Source: Anaerolineales bacterium (GTDB lineage Bacteria; Chloroflexota; Anaerolineae; Anaerolineales; UBA11579). Taken from it: a stretch of DNA of 64,000 bases. Location: assembly GCA_019454165.1 (NCBI GenBank), contig CP075367.1, forward strand, positions 67,971-131,970, written 5' to 3'. This document shows, one piece after another, positions 51,228 to 60,892 of this stretch; the stretch's first letter is position 1; each line of letters begins with the position of its first letter. The position numbers and the translations under genes were made by a program. Below the pieces are notes generated by a model that was not told the origin of the DNA, ran no database searches, and saw only the letters and a program-made list of their open reading frames with translations.

Positions 51228-53483
51228 TTAGGGCTCCGGAGTTTCCTGAGCTTGCTCAGTCGCCAAGGCTTCAGCCGTTCCGGTAGCCTGCTGCTGCAGG
51301 ATGGGGTTGAAGAACACCGGATTGACTACGCCGTAGTCGGTCTCCCAGGGATACAGCGGCCCGGGGCTGGCGAAGAAGTAGTAGCCTGCCACACGGCGGA
51401 AGATCGGGGCAGCAAAATCAGAGCCATCACCGACGTTTTCAACCAACACCGCAATGGCGATATCCGGTTGGTCCTCTCGATTGGCATCCGTGTAGCCAAT
51501 GAACCATGCATGCGGCAGCAGGCCGGTGCCCGCGGTGGCGGTGCCGGTTTTCCCGTACACGGGCAGGCCAAAGCCGGTAAAGCGGCGGTAGGCCGTACCA
51601 CGCGGGTCAGCCACCACCATGCGCATACCTGTTTGCAGGGTTTCGAGGGTGAGTTGACTTATCGGCAGCGTGCCCTTGACTTGAGGTGTAAAGCTCAGAA
51701 CCTCATCCCCATTGGCATTGACCACACGGTCCACCAGGCTGGGGACGTAGAGGGTGCCGCCATTGCCCACGGCGGCCGTGTACACGGCCGCCTGCAGCGG
51801 AGTCAGCAGCGTAGTACCCTGGCCAAAGGCCTGCTGCACGGCCTGGTTGCGGCCGGTGCCTTCATCGGTTGGCTCAGGGTCGACAACCGAACCTGTCACT
51901 TCGTTCAAGCTCTGAATGCCGGTGAGCGAGCCGAGGCCAAAGCCGCGGGCCATCTCTGCCACCGCGTTCTTGAAGCCGGCGTTGTACAAATCCATGCCGA
52001 TCTGATAGAACCACGGATTGCACGAGCGCATAATGCCTTCAACCAAGGTCAGGCGGCCGCTGCTGGGCAGCTCCTTGTCCAGGGTCCAGTCGATCAAGGT
52101 TTGCCCGGCCAGGCCGTGCCACTCCTGCACACAGTCCATCTGCTGGTCAGGCTGGAACTGGCCGCTTTCCACGGCGGCGGCATACGTGATGACTTTGAAG
52201 ATCGAACCAGGCGGATATTGACCCTGGGTGGCTCGATTAAAGAAGACGTCATCTCCGCCGGTGAAGTAAGAGTTCCAGTCAGAGTTGTAGTTGTTGAAAT
52301 CTGCCCAGTTCTGATTGAACCCAGGTGAGGATGCCATGGCCAAAATGCGGCCTGTGTCACGCTCGAGCACCACGACAGCGCCACGGAAGTCCTTGATAGC
52401 TTCTTGGGCGCGGCGCTGCAATTCACTGTCCAGCGAGGTATAGATCGAATCCGAAGGCTGAGACGCGCTTTGCGCCAGCTGGGTAACTACTTCTCCGGCC
52501 GGATTAAGCACGTACAACGTGCCGCCGCGTGTGCCGGCCAGGTACTCCTCGCCCCAGGCCTCCAGCCCAAGCCGGCCGATGCGGTCGTCACTCTGGTAGC
52601 CGCGCGGAATGAATTCCTGCACCTGCTCTGCCGGAATTGAAGCAAAGTACCCCACGGTCTGCGGGGCCAGGCCGCCGTTGTAGTACAGGCGGGTGTTGTA
52701 TTGAGTAGAGCGGATACCAGACAGGCCGCTCCAATCCCCAGCACGGGCTTGGAATTCTTCTTCGGAGACCTCAGCGATCGAGACGTAATAAGGCGGTTCG
52801 GTATCTTCAGGGAACAGCAAGTTGCTGATCTCAGAAGCGGGCCGGCGGCTGACGCGCGCCAGCTCGCTGATCACGCGGTTGGCATCCTCTTCTTCGATCA
52901 AGCTGGGGAAGGCGCCCACCGCCACGGCAGCCGCGCCGCCGGCGATCACATTCCCGTTACGATCATAGATAAACCCGCGGGCGGGCACAGAACGCTGCAT
53001 GCTGAGGCGGTTGCCGCCAGCCAGCTCCGGCAAGATGATGCGGTCATCCCAGGTGATGCGCCAATTGTTGCCTTCTAGTTTGAGATCAATAGCGGTATCG
53101 CGCGTGATAGGGCCGATAACAGCCGAATTCAGCGTCACCCGATAGCCGACCTGTGCCGTTTGCGGGTTGATGAGCGATTGCAGGATCTCATAATCCACAC
53201 GGAACAGATTGGCCTGAGTGGCCACATCCGCATAGCGGGCCACAAAGTCCTCTTCAGTGATCTGGCTGCGGCTTTCGGCCGTCAGCATGCCGTACATGCT
53301 GGGGTAGTCACCCGCGTTCCATGCATCCAGATAGGAGCGCACAGCCAACTCGGCATCTGGAGCGGCGCTGACGTTGATCTGCGGTGTGGGCAATGCCTGG
53401 CTTTGGCCAAGCCCGCACGCACTGAGTACGATCGAGAGGAGTGCCAAACTGAGAATGACGCGACGCATGGAGTTGTCGTGCAT
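51228..53483 (-). CDS. Class B penicillin-binding protein (transpeptidase) with NTF2-like MecA_N-type N-terminal domain
   Basis: Lipobox-like LSACG; SYLDAWNAGDYPSMYGML (NTF2-like); SIFK (SxxK), SCN (SxN), KTGTA. Start taken at the ATG at 53481-53483, overlapping the maf stop (TAATG). Confidence 0.88.
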   Translation of the reverse strand: MHDNSMRRVILSLALLSIVLSACGLGQSQALPTPQINVSAAPDAELAVRSYLDAWNAGDYPSMYGMLTAESRSQITEEDFVARYADVATQANLFRVDYEILQSLINPQTAQVGYRVTLNSAVIGPITRDTAIDLKLEGNNWRITWDDRIILPELAGGNRLSMQRSVPARGFIYDRNGNVIAGGAAAVAVGAFPSLIEEEDANRVISELARVSRRPASEISNLLFPEDTEPPYYVSIAEVSEEEFQARAGDWSGLSGIRSTQYNTRLYYNGGLAPQTVGYFASIPAEQVQEFIPRGYQSDDRIGRLGLEAWGEEYLAGTRGGTLYVLNPAGEVVTQLAQSASQPSDSIYTSLDSELQRRAQEAIKDFRGAVVVLERDTGRILAMASSPGFNQNWADFNNYNSDWNSYFTGGDDVFFNRATQGQYPPGSIFKVITYAAAVESGQFQPDQQMDCVQEWHGLAGQTLIDWTLDKELPSSGRLTLVEGIMRSCNPWFYQIGMDLYNAGFKNAVAEMARGFGLGSLTGIQSLNEVTGSVVDPEPTDEGTGRNQAVQQAFGQGTTLLTPLQAAVYTAAVGNGGTLYVPSLVDRVVNANGDEVLSFTPQVKGTLPISQLTLETLQTGMRMVVADPRGTAYRRFTGFGLPVYGKTGTATAGTGLLPHAWFIGYTDANREDQPDIAIAVLVENVGDGSDFAAPIFRRVAGYYFFASPGPLYPWETDYGVVNPVFFNPILQQQATGTAEALATEQAQETPEP

Positions 53484-54148
53484 TAGTGCTCCCATTGAAG
53501 GACGAGATGGCTTACTGGGCAATCATAGTTCAGATGTTGCTGGCAGGCCGCCGGCAGATCCACCGCCAGCGGCAAGCCCCAACGCCGCCAGTTGCGCAAC
53601 AAATGGCAAAGGGGCAGGCCAGCCACATTGGCGAAGCACCCGGCAAAATTCTCTACCGGGTGAAAGCTGGTATTTTGTATCCCATAGGCGCCGGCTTTGT
53701 CCAGAGGCTGGCCGCTGGCGATGTAGGCGCTCATCTCGCTATCAGAATAGTTGCGCATCGGCACCTGGCTGAGCGCTAGATCGGTCACCTGGCGGCCGGC
53801 GGCCGTGTCCCATAGGCATAGGCCGCTATAGACCTGGTGGGTGCGGCCGCGCAGCATGCGCAGGATGCGTTCGGCGTCGGCCGCATCCACCGGCTTGCCG
53901 ATGATCTCGCCTTCGTGCACAACCGTGGTATCGGCAGCGATCACCACTGCGGCCACCCCATCCAACCGTTCAGCGATCACCTGCGCCTTGCCTCGGGCCA
54001 GGCGCATGACGTATTCGGTGGGAGCCTCGCCCGGCAGCACATCCTCATTGATGTCGGCGGGCATCACCTCGAACGGCAAGCCCAGCAGCGAAAGCAGCTC
54101 TTTGCGGCGTGGCGAGGTGGAGGCGAGGACCAACTTGGGCGAATCCAT
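53483..54148 (-). CDS. maf: Maf-family nucleoside triphosphate pyrophosphatase
   Basis: LVLASTSPRRKELL, AADTTV, DKAGAYGIQ. Start at MDSPKLV (ATG 54146-54148). Confidence 0.88.
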   Translation of the reverse strand: MDSPKLVLASTSPRRKELLSLLGLPFEVMPADINEDVLPGEAPTEYVMRLARGKAQVIAERLDGVAAVVIAADTTVVHEGEIIGKPVDAADAERILRMLRGRTHQVYSGLCLWDTAAGRQVTDLALSQVPMRNYSDSEMSAYIASGQPLDKAGAYGIQNTSFHPVENFAGCFANVAGLPLCHLLRNWRRWGLPLAVDLPAACQQHLNYDCPVSHLVLQWEH

Positions 54149-54208
54149 AAGCCTTAATTTTAGCTGGCGAAGCGGGAACTTACCAAACTTGTGGTTAAAT
54201 GCTGCGAT

Positions 54209-54778
54209 ATGCAGGCGCTGAAAGAACGCATCCGCAAAGATGGCCGCAACCTGGGCGGGGGCATCCTCAAAGTTGACGGCTTCATCAACCACCAGGTAGA
54301 CCCTGGGCTGATGGAAGCCTGCGGCCGCGAATTTGCCCAGCACTTCAAAGACAGCGGCGCCACCAAGATCCTCACCGCCGAAATTTCCGGCATTGCGCCC
54401 GCCGTTACCACCGGCATCCACCTCAACCTGCCCGTGGTGTACGCCCGCAAGAACAAGCCCATCACCATGCCTGACCAGGTGTTCCTGACCCTGGCGCCCT
54501 CACACACCAAGGGCCGCATGGTGGAGCTGATCGTCTCGCCCGAATACCTGGCCGATGGCGAGAAAGTGCTGATCATTGACGACTTCCTGGCCAGCGGCGC
54601 CACCATTCTGGGCCTGGCGCGCCTGGCCCAGACCGCCGGCGCCCAGATCGTTGGCATAGGCGCTTTGGTGGAAAAAACATTCGAGCAGGGCCGCACGGCC
54701 CTGGAAGTGCTGGGTGTGCCCATCGTCTCTCTGGTTGCCATCACCAATATGGATGGCGACGCCATCGAATTCGCTTAG
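54209..54778 (+). CDS. xpt: Xanthine phosphoribosyltransferase
   Basis: ILKVDGFINHQVDP, VLIIDDFLASGATI PRPP motif. Length 189 aa. Confidence 0.9.
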   Translation: MQALKERIRKDGRNLGGGILKVDGFINHQVDPGLMEACGREFAQHFKDSGATKILTAEISGIAPAVTTGIHLNLPVVYARKNKPITMPDQVFLTLAPSHTKGRMVELIVSPEYLADGEKVLIIDDFLASGATILGLARLAQTAGAQIVGIGALVEKTFEQGRTALEVLGVPIVSLVAITNMDGDAIEFA

Positions 54779-54784
54779 ATAAAC

Positions 54785-56320
54785 ATGATCGTCATTCTGG
54801 ACTTCGGCTCGCAAACATCTCAACTGATCGCCCGCCGTTTGCGCGAAGCCCAGGTGTATTGCCAGCTTTTCCCCTGTGACACACCTGCAGACGAGATCCT
54901 GGCGCTGAAGCCTGAAGGCTTTGTGCTCTCGGGCGGGCCAGCCTCGGTGTATGCCGAGGGGTCGCCCCAACTCCCTGAGTACGTGGTCGAAAGCGGCAAG
55001 CCGATCCTGGGCATCTGCTACGGCATGCAAGCCATGACGCATGCGCTGGGCGGCCAGGTCGCCGCCAGCCAGCAGCGCGAGTATGGCTCGGCGCAAGTGC
55101 GCACCCTCAGCGCCAACGCCCTACTGGGCGAGGGCGAGCAAACCGTGTGGATGTCACACGGCGACCGCATCGAGCAGGCGCCACTCGGCTTCACGCCGAT
55201 CGCAGCCAGCAGCAACGCACCGGTGGCGGCGATGGCGGATGCCAGCCGCGGCTACTACGGCGTCCAGTTCCATCCGGAGGTGCATCACACCCCCGGCGGG
55301 GCCGAGATCCTGCGCCGCTTCGCCATCGAAGTATGCGGCGCACCGGCCACCTGGTCACCAGGTGCGATTGTCGAGCAATCCATTGAAGCGATCCGCACCC
55401 AGGTTGGCAGCGCCACAGCGCTGTCTGCCATCAGCGGCGGCCTGGACTCCAGCGTGGCCTCCGCCTTGGTGCACGCCGCCATCGGCGACCAGCTGGTCGC
55501 CATGTTCGTGGATACCGGCTTGCTGCGCCTGGGCGAGCGCGAAGAGGTCATCCAAGCCTTGCAAAGCGGGCTGGGGATCGAACTGGTGGTGGTGGATGCC
55601 GCGGCCATGTTTCTGGCCGATCTCAAAGGCGTGACCGACCCCGAAGAAAAGCGCCGCCGCATCGGCGAACGCTTTATCCGCGTCTTTGAAGCCCAGGCCC
55701 AGCAACTAGGGCTGCCGCCCTTCCTTGTACAAGGCACTATTTACCCAGACGTTATCGAATCGCGCGCCCCGGAACGCCAGCACGCCGAACGCATCAAAAC
55801 GCACCACAACGTGGGCGGCTTGCCCAAGAATATGAACTTCGAACTTGTGGAGCCGCTGCGCTATCTGTTCAAAGATGAAGTCCGCAAGGTTGGCGAGAGT
55901 CTGGGGCTGCCTGACCATTTGCTGTGGCGCCAGCCCTTCCCCGGGCCGGGTCTGGCGGTGCGCTGCCTGGGCGAAGTGACCGGCCCGCGCCTGGCGGCCC
56001 TGCGCGCCGCGGACGCCATCTTCACCGATGAACTAAAAGAAGCCGGGCTGGTGAACCGCCCCAACGCGCCGCTGGCCCAGGCTTTTGCCGTGCTGCTGCC
56101 GGTGCGCAGCGTAGGCGTAATGGGTGACCAGCGCACCTATCAGGAGACGGTGGCGCTGCGCGCCGTCGCCAGCCAGGACTTCATGACGGCTGACTGGGCT
56201 GCCCTGCCAGACGAACTGCTGCGCAAAGTCTCCAGCCGCATCGTGAACGAGGTCACCGGCGTGAACCGCGTCGTATACGACATCAGCAGTAAGCCTCCGG
56301 CCACCATTGAGTGGGAATAA
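54785..56320 (+). CDS. guaA: GMP synthase (glutamine-hydrolysing)
   Basis: GATase [15 protein letters not shown]-loop SGGLDSSV, C-terminal KPPATIEWE. Confidence 0.96.
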   Translation: MIVILDFGSQTSQLIARRLREAQVYCQLFPCDTPADEILALKPEGFVLSGGPASVYAEGSPQLPEYVVESGKPILGICYGMQAMTHALGGQVAASQQREYGSAQVRTLSANALLGEGEQTVWMSHGDRIEQAPLGFTPIAASSNAPVAAMADASRGYYGVQFHPEVHHTPGGAEILRRFAIEVCGAPATWSPGAIVEQSIEAIRTQVGSATALSAISGGLDSSVASALVHAAIGDQLVAMFVDTGLLRLGEREEVIQALQSGLGIELVVVDAAAMFLADLKGVTDPEEKRRRIGERFIRVFEAQAQQLGLPPFLVQGTIYPDVIESRAPERQHAERIKTHHNVGGLPKNMNFELVEPLRYLFKDEVRKVGESLGLPDHLLWRQPFPGPGLAVRCLGEVTGPRLAALRAADAIFTDELKEAGLVNRPNAPLAQAFAVLLPVRSVGVMGDQRTYQETVALRAVASQDFMTADWAALPDELLRKVSSRIVNEVTGVNRVVYDISSKPPATIEWE

Positions 56321-56463
56321 GCCAGAGTCGCTTTCTAAGCAAGTAGCATCTGCTCGCTTCACCCCGTTTACGGCAATAGACCGAGCAAACTCCAAAATTA
56401 TCTGAGAAACACGCCCAAAGCAGGCTCAGCGCGTGTATCATCTTTATAAGGAGACACAGCCCA

Positions 56464-57372
56464 ATGGAAATCGGCAACATACTCTCGCGTGCTTGGAAGA
56501 TCATCTGGAAGCACAAAGTTTTGTGGATCTTTGGCATTTTGGCTTCCTGCGGCTCCCGCAGTGGCGGGGGAGGCGGGGGTAACAACTTCAGCACCGATAG
56601 CGGTCAAAACTTCAACCCGCCGCCCGAGCTGCAACAGTTCTTCACCAATCTCGAGCGCAGCATGCGCACCATTTCTGAAGAGCAGATCATTATGTTCGTG
56701 GCCATCTTCTTTGCCGCGATCTGCTTGCTGGTCGTCATCACCTGGCTGGTTGGTCTGTTCGGCAAGACCGGTGTAACGGTAGGCGCCCTGCGCGCCGAAG
56801 CCGGCAGCGCTGTGACCTTCCGCTCCATCTGGAGTGAAAGCTGGCCTGTCTTTGACCGCATTGTGGGGCTCAATTTCCTTCTGGCTCTGCCTCCCATTCT
56901 GCTCGGCGTTGTGCTCGCGGTAGGCTTCGCCGCGATCGGCGTGCTCACCATGGGCATCGGCGCATTGTGCCTGCTGCCCTTGCTGTGTCTGTTCATACCC
57001 ATCGGCATTGCTTATGGCGTATTCACTGACTTTGCCAGCATTGCCGTGATCAAAGAGAACCTGGGCATCAGCGCCGCCATTCAGCGCAGCTGGGATGTGC
57101 TATCCAAGAACGTCGGCAGCCTGGCCCTGCTTGCGCTGGTACTTATCCTGGGCAGCTTCTTCATCAGCATCCTGCTGGCGCTGCCCTTCTTCCTGGCGCT
57201 CCTGCCCCTGATCCTGGGCGCGGCCAATGGCGGCGCCATGCAAAACATGACCGTCACGCTGGTCTGTTTCGCGGCGCTCATCCCGGTCATACTGGTCGCC
57301 AGCGGCATTCTGTACAGCTACCTGCAGACCGCCTGGACCCTGGCCTACGCGGAGCTCACCGCGGCGAAATAG
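56464..57372 (+). CDS. Polytopic membrane protein, hypothetical
   Basis: About 6 hydrophobic helices. N-terminal ILSRAWKIIWKHKVLWIFGIL pattern is seen in uncharacterised membrane families. Confidence 0.55.
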   Translation: MEIGNILSRAWKIIWKHKVLWIFGILASCGSRSGGGGGGNNFSTDSGQNFNPPPELQQFFTNLERSMRTISEEQIIMFVAIFFAAICLLVVITWLVGLFGKTGVTVGALRAEAGSAVTFRSIWSESWPVFDRIVGLNFLLALPPILLGVVLAVGFAAIGVLTMGIGALCLLPLLCLFIPIGIAYGVFTDFASIAVIKENLGISAAIQRSWDVLSKNVGSLALLALVLILGSFFISILLALPFFLALLPLILGAANGGAMQNMTVTLVCFAALIPVILVASGILYSYLQTAWTLAYAELTAAK

Positions 57373-57373
57373 C

Positions 57374-57877
57374 ATGGGCCGGCTGGATACCAACGCCTTC
57401 TCGCGCCTGCGGCGCAACCACGGGCTGGAGCACGCCACCATTCATGTGCTCAGCCGCACCCACCCGCGCATATCCACCGCCGGTCACTCTGACCCCGGCG
57501 GCTTCTGGCTGCTGGGTGACCTGAGCACCGAGGCCGTGTACGCCGCGGTCGAGGAAGCGTTAGCGCGCCTGAATGCAGGGGAACACAACTTGGCCATCCA
57601 CCCAAACTGTGGCACCAACCTGGTCACGGCCAGCGTCACCGCTGGCCTGGCCGGCGCTTTTGCTTTCGGCACGGCACGCAATGACCGCGAGCGCCTGGAG
57701 CGGCTGCCGCTGGCGATCCTCATGTCGCTGGGCGGCCTGCTGCTGGCGAGGCCGCTGGGCGCGCGCATCCAGCAGCGCGTCACCACCTCGGGCGATCCTG
57801 GCAGCTTGCATGTTGTCGAGATCCGCCGCACCCAACGCGGGCGTTTCACCACTCACCGCGTCAGCACGGCGGACTAA
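57374..57877 (+). CDS. Conserved-looking hypothetical protein with HGLEH / HPNCGTN motifs
   Basis: 167 aa, His/Cys-containing motifs. There is a 1-nt gap to both neighbours. Confidence 0.5.
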   Translation: MGRLDTNAFSRLRRNHGLEHATIHVLSRTHPRISTAGHSDPGGFWLLGDLSTEAVYAAVEEALARLNAGEHNLAIHPNCGTNLVTASVTAGLAGAFAFGTARNDRERLERLPLAILMSLGGLLLARPLGARIQQRVTTSGDPGSLHVVEIRRTQRGRFTTHRVSTAD

Positions 57878-57878
57878 T

Positions 57879-58859
57879 ATGGCCGCCAAGCCTAGCGTCT
57901 ATATCTTCATGGGGGAGGATGACACCGCCATCCGTGAAGAGATCGCCAAACTCTCACGGAAGCTCGGCGACCCGGCCACGGCGGAAATGAACACCTCCCG
58001 GCTGGAACCGGGCGCCAATCTGGACGCGTTGCGCCGCGCCGCGCTGGCCGCGCCCTTTCTGGCCGAGCGCAGGCTGGTCATTGCTCAGCAAACTGTAAAA
58101 ACATTCAATGCCGCAGAGGCGCGCAGCCGCTTCACCGAATTCCTCAACGAAGTGCCTGCCAGCACTGCGCTGGTACTGCTCGAAACCACAGTCTTCGAAG
58201 ATAAACATTGGCTGATGAAGTGGGCCGATGCCGCCGAGGGCCGCGCCTTTGTGCGCGAGTTCAATCTGCCGCAGGGCGCCCAGCTGGCCAGCTGGCTGAG
58301 CCAGCGCGCAAAGGAACTGGGCGGCGAGCTGCAGCCGCAGGCAGCCGCAGCGCTGGCGCAGATGCAGGCTACCGACAAGGCCGCCGCCGAACAAGAGCTG
58401 GATAAGCTGCTGGCCTACGCCAACTACAGCCGCCCCATCACGGCGGCCGATGTGCAGGCGGTCAGCCTGCCTAGCGGCGAACATGGTGACTTCTTCGCGC
58501 TGGCCGATGCGCTGAGCGCCGCCAACGGGCAGCGCGCCATGCAAGCCCTGCTGCCCCTGCTGGAGGAGCGCGATCTGATCCTGCTCTACTTCAGCATGGT
58601 GGGACACTTCAGAGGGCTCTTACAAAGCCGGGACCTGCTGGATGCGGGCTTAGGCGAAGCAGATATCGCCAAGCAACTCGGGATGCACCCCTATCGCGCC
58701 AAGAAGTTATCCGCCCAGGCGCGCCAATTCAGCGCCATCAGCCTGCAGCGCATTTACGCACGACTTTTGGAATATGATGAGCAGATCAAGACCGGCGAGA
58801 TGGAACCCCGCCTGGCCATGCAAGCCTTTGTAGCAGAGCTCAGCGTGCAAGCGGCTTAG
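57879..58859 (+). CDS. holA: DNA polymerase III subunit delta
   Basis: SVYIFMGEDDTAIREE, clamp-loader AAA-like N-terminal domain and helical C-terminus. Start at MAAKPSV (ATG 57879). Confidence 0.82.
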   Translation: MAAKPSVYIFMGEDDTAIREEIAKLSRKLGDPATAEMNTSRLEPGANLDALRRAALAAPFLAERRLVIAQQTVKTFNAAEARSRFTEFLNEVPASTALVLLETTVFEDKHWLMKWADAAEGRAFVREFNLPQGAQLASWLSQRAKELGGELQPQAAAALAQMQATDKAAAEQELDKLLAYANYSRPITAADVQAVSLPSGEHGDFFALADALSAANGQRAMQALLPLLEERDLILLYFSMVGHFRGLLQSRDLLDAGLGEADIAKQLGMHPYRAKKLSAQARQFSAISLQRIYARLLEYDEQIKTGEMEPRLAMQAFVAELSVQAA

Positions 58860-59073
58860 TAGCCACGTCTTCCCCCACCCATAGATAGCTCGGCAACACC
58901 GTCTTGCGCGGCTGCAGGCGCAGCGCGCCGAATTGGCGTTCATTTTGCAGCAGGCTGGGGTGCAGCATCACCAGATTGGCGGCGCGTCCATATTTGCGGC
59001 GATAGCGCTCAGCCGCCCACAGGATCTTGCCCTCCAGCTGGTTGGCATCGTCAATAAAGAATAGTTCTCCCAT
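58840..59073 (-). CDS. Hypothetical small protein
   Basis: 77-aa ORF with GGGGGAG SD-like sequence about 10 nt upstream. Composition is not repeat-like. No motif recognised. Confidence 0.35.
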   Translation of the reverse strand: MGELFFIDDANQLEGKILWAAERYRRKYGRAANLVMLHPSLLQNERQFGALRLQPRKTVLPSYLWVGEDVATKPLAR

Positions 59074-59118
59074 ACATAGATTCTCCCCCGCAAATATTGG
59101 AGATTAATTAATGAGTGG

Positions 59119-60153
59119 TTATTTCTCTGTTAGCGCCCAGAGGAAGCGAAAATGGTCCAGGTATTCAGCGGCCAGGCTGGCGCTGTAAATGATCAAGGTA
59201 TTCTCATCATTGCGGCGTTCAGCGTTGGAGCTGAAGTTATAAGAACCGGTAACCACGATCGCTCCATCCACGATCAGCACTTTGTCATGCAGGTTGACGC
59301 CGGGCTCATCCTTGTGCACTTGCACGCCGTTCTGGCGCAAAAAGTCGTACTCACCGCCCTGGTTGCCAATTTGAGCATCATCCATGATGCCAAGCACTTC
59401 CACACCTCGCTGCTGGGCGCGCACCAGTGCATCCCCCAGCTCATCCAGTGTCAGTGAAAAAGCCAGGAAGTACACACTCTCCTCAGCCGCGTCCAGCAGA
59501 TCAACCAGCGCAGCCGCGACAGAATCATCCGGCGAGAAGTAGGTATGCACCTCCACATTGCCAAGATAGATCTCCTGATGCGGCGTATTGTCAAGAGTGA
59601 TCTCGCCGAAGTAACCCCGTGTGAACATCTCATCGAACTCATTGGCGTAGTTGGCCGCCAATTCGCTGGATCGGATGCGCAAGAGGTTATTGCGGTTGCC
59701 ATACATATCGCTGACCGTGTAGTTGGTGGAGCCGGTCCAGACCTCATAGCCATCGATCACGACAAATTTGTTGTGCATGAAGTTGGGGCTGGTATCCGCC
59801 ACCAGCGGAATGCCAGCCTGTGCCAGCTGCTGCAGCTCGCGGCGGTCCATGTTGTCCGCCTCAACCACCAGGCGCACATCCAACCCGCGCGCGTGGGCGT
59901 CCAGAAGGGCATCCCGGATGCTCCATAAGTTCAAGTCGTAGATCGCCATGTGCACACTGGTGCGGGCTTGGTCGATGGCGGCGGCGATCACCTCGTCCGG
60001 CCCACCCTCCACATCACGCGCCCTGGGTGCATAAGGATCCGTGAAATAGACCTGCACCCAGTCCGTTGCTGCCGTATAGGTTGGAGAAGAGGATAGAGCT
60101 GCCTGCGGAGCACACGCGGCGAGCAGGGCCAGACATAAAAGTAGTGAACGCAT
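59119..60153 (-). CDS. Secreted phospholipase D-family protein (two HKD motifs), lipoprotein
   Basis: MRSLLLCLALLAACA lipobox; HNKFVVIDGYEVWTGSTN and HDKVLIVDGAIVVTGSYN. Confidence 0.85.
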   Translation of the reverse strand: MRSLLLCLALLAACAPQAALSSSPTYTAATDWVQVYFTDPYAPRARDVEGGPDEVIAAAIDQARTSVHMAIYDLNLWSIRDALLDAHARGLDVRLVVEADNMDRRELQQLAQAGIPLVADTSPNFMHNKFVVIDGYEVWTGSTNYTVSDMYGNRNNLLRIRSSELAANYANEFDEMFTRGYFGEITLDNTPHQEIYLGNVEVHTYFSPDDSVAAALVDLLDAAEESVYFLAFSLTLDELGDALVRAQQRGVEVLGIMDDAQIGNQGGEYDFLRQNGVQVHKDEPGVNLHDKVLIVDGAIVVTGSYNFSSNAERRNDENTLIIYSASLAAEYLDHFRFLWALTEK

Positions 60154-60166
60154 CGGCAACATTATA

Positions 60167-60721
60167 ATGAGCCACATGGACAAGACCTATCCGGTTCAGG
60201 TTGCTGGGCTCACCCGCAAGTTGCCGCTGTTCGAGGTGGCCCCAGGCGTCACCATAGCCATCCTCAACATCCTTGGCGATGTAGAACTGGTGCGCGCCTG
60301 CGCCAAAGAACTGGCGCACAAACTTGCCCAAACCGAATATGACGTGCTGCTGAGCGCAGAAGCCAAAAGCATTCCGCTCATTCATTCCCTGGCCGAAGAA
60401 GCCAACAAACCCTACGTGGTGCTGCGCAAGAACTACAAGTCCTATATGGGCGATGCCATCTCGGCCGAAACCGTATCCATCACCACCAACTCCACCCAAA
60501 CCCTGTACCTTGATGCCAAGGATCTGCCGCTGGTCGCAGGCCGCCGCGTCGTACTACTAGATGACGTGGTAAGCACCGGTTCAACTCAGCAAGGCATGCG
60601 CGCCGTCGTCGAGAAAGCGGGCGGCAGCGTTGTCGCCGAGGCTGCCATCTTCACCGAGGGCGACCGTGCCAAATGGGTTCACATCATTTCCCTCGGGCAT
60701 CTACCTGTATTTGCTTCGTAA
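60167..60721 (+). CDS. Phosphoribosyltransferase-family protein (purine/adenine PRT-like)
   Basis: PRPP-binding loop VVLLDDVVSTGST. Confidence 0.78.
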   Translation: MSHMDKTYPVQVAGLTRKLPLFEVAPGVTIAILNILGDVELVRACAKELAHKLAQTEYDVLLSAEAKSIPLIHSLAEEANKPYVVLRKNYKSYMGDAISAETVSITTNSTQTLYLDAKDLPLVAGRRVVLLDDVVSTGSTQQGMRAVVEKAGGSVVAEAAIFTEGDRAKWVHIISLGHLPVFAS

Positions 60722-60892
60722 AGGTTTTGTTATCGCTGTGCCACTTTGTGTGAGCTCTCCACATAAAGTGCTATACTTTTTGTGAAATCCAATGCCCCTT
60801 TGAAATAACTAGGGCATTTCCCACTCTGACGTATCTCGTTGTTGTTCTCTGCGCAGTTGGCGCGGGACTGCCCAACTGGGCACTTGTTTATC

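Noticed and set aside
54149-54208. Purine (guanine) riboswitch upstream of xpt.
   Set aside because: Only 60 nt separate maf and xpt. The sequence lacks the conserved three-way-junction motifs (for example UAUAAU...CCGUAAAU-like segments) and has no terminator or anti-terminator.
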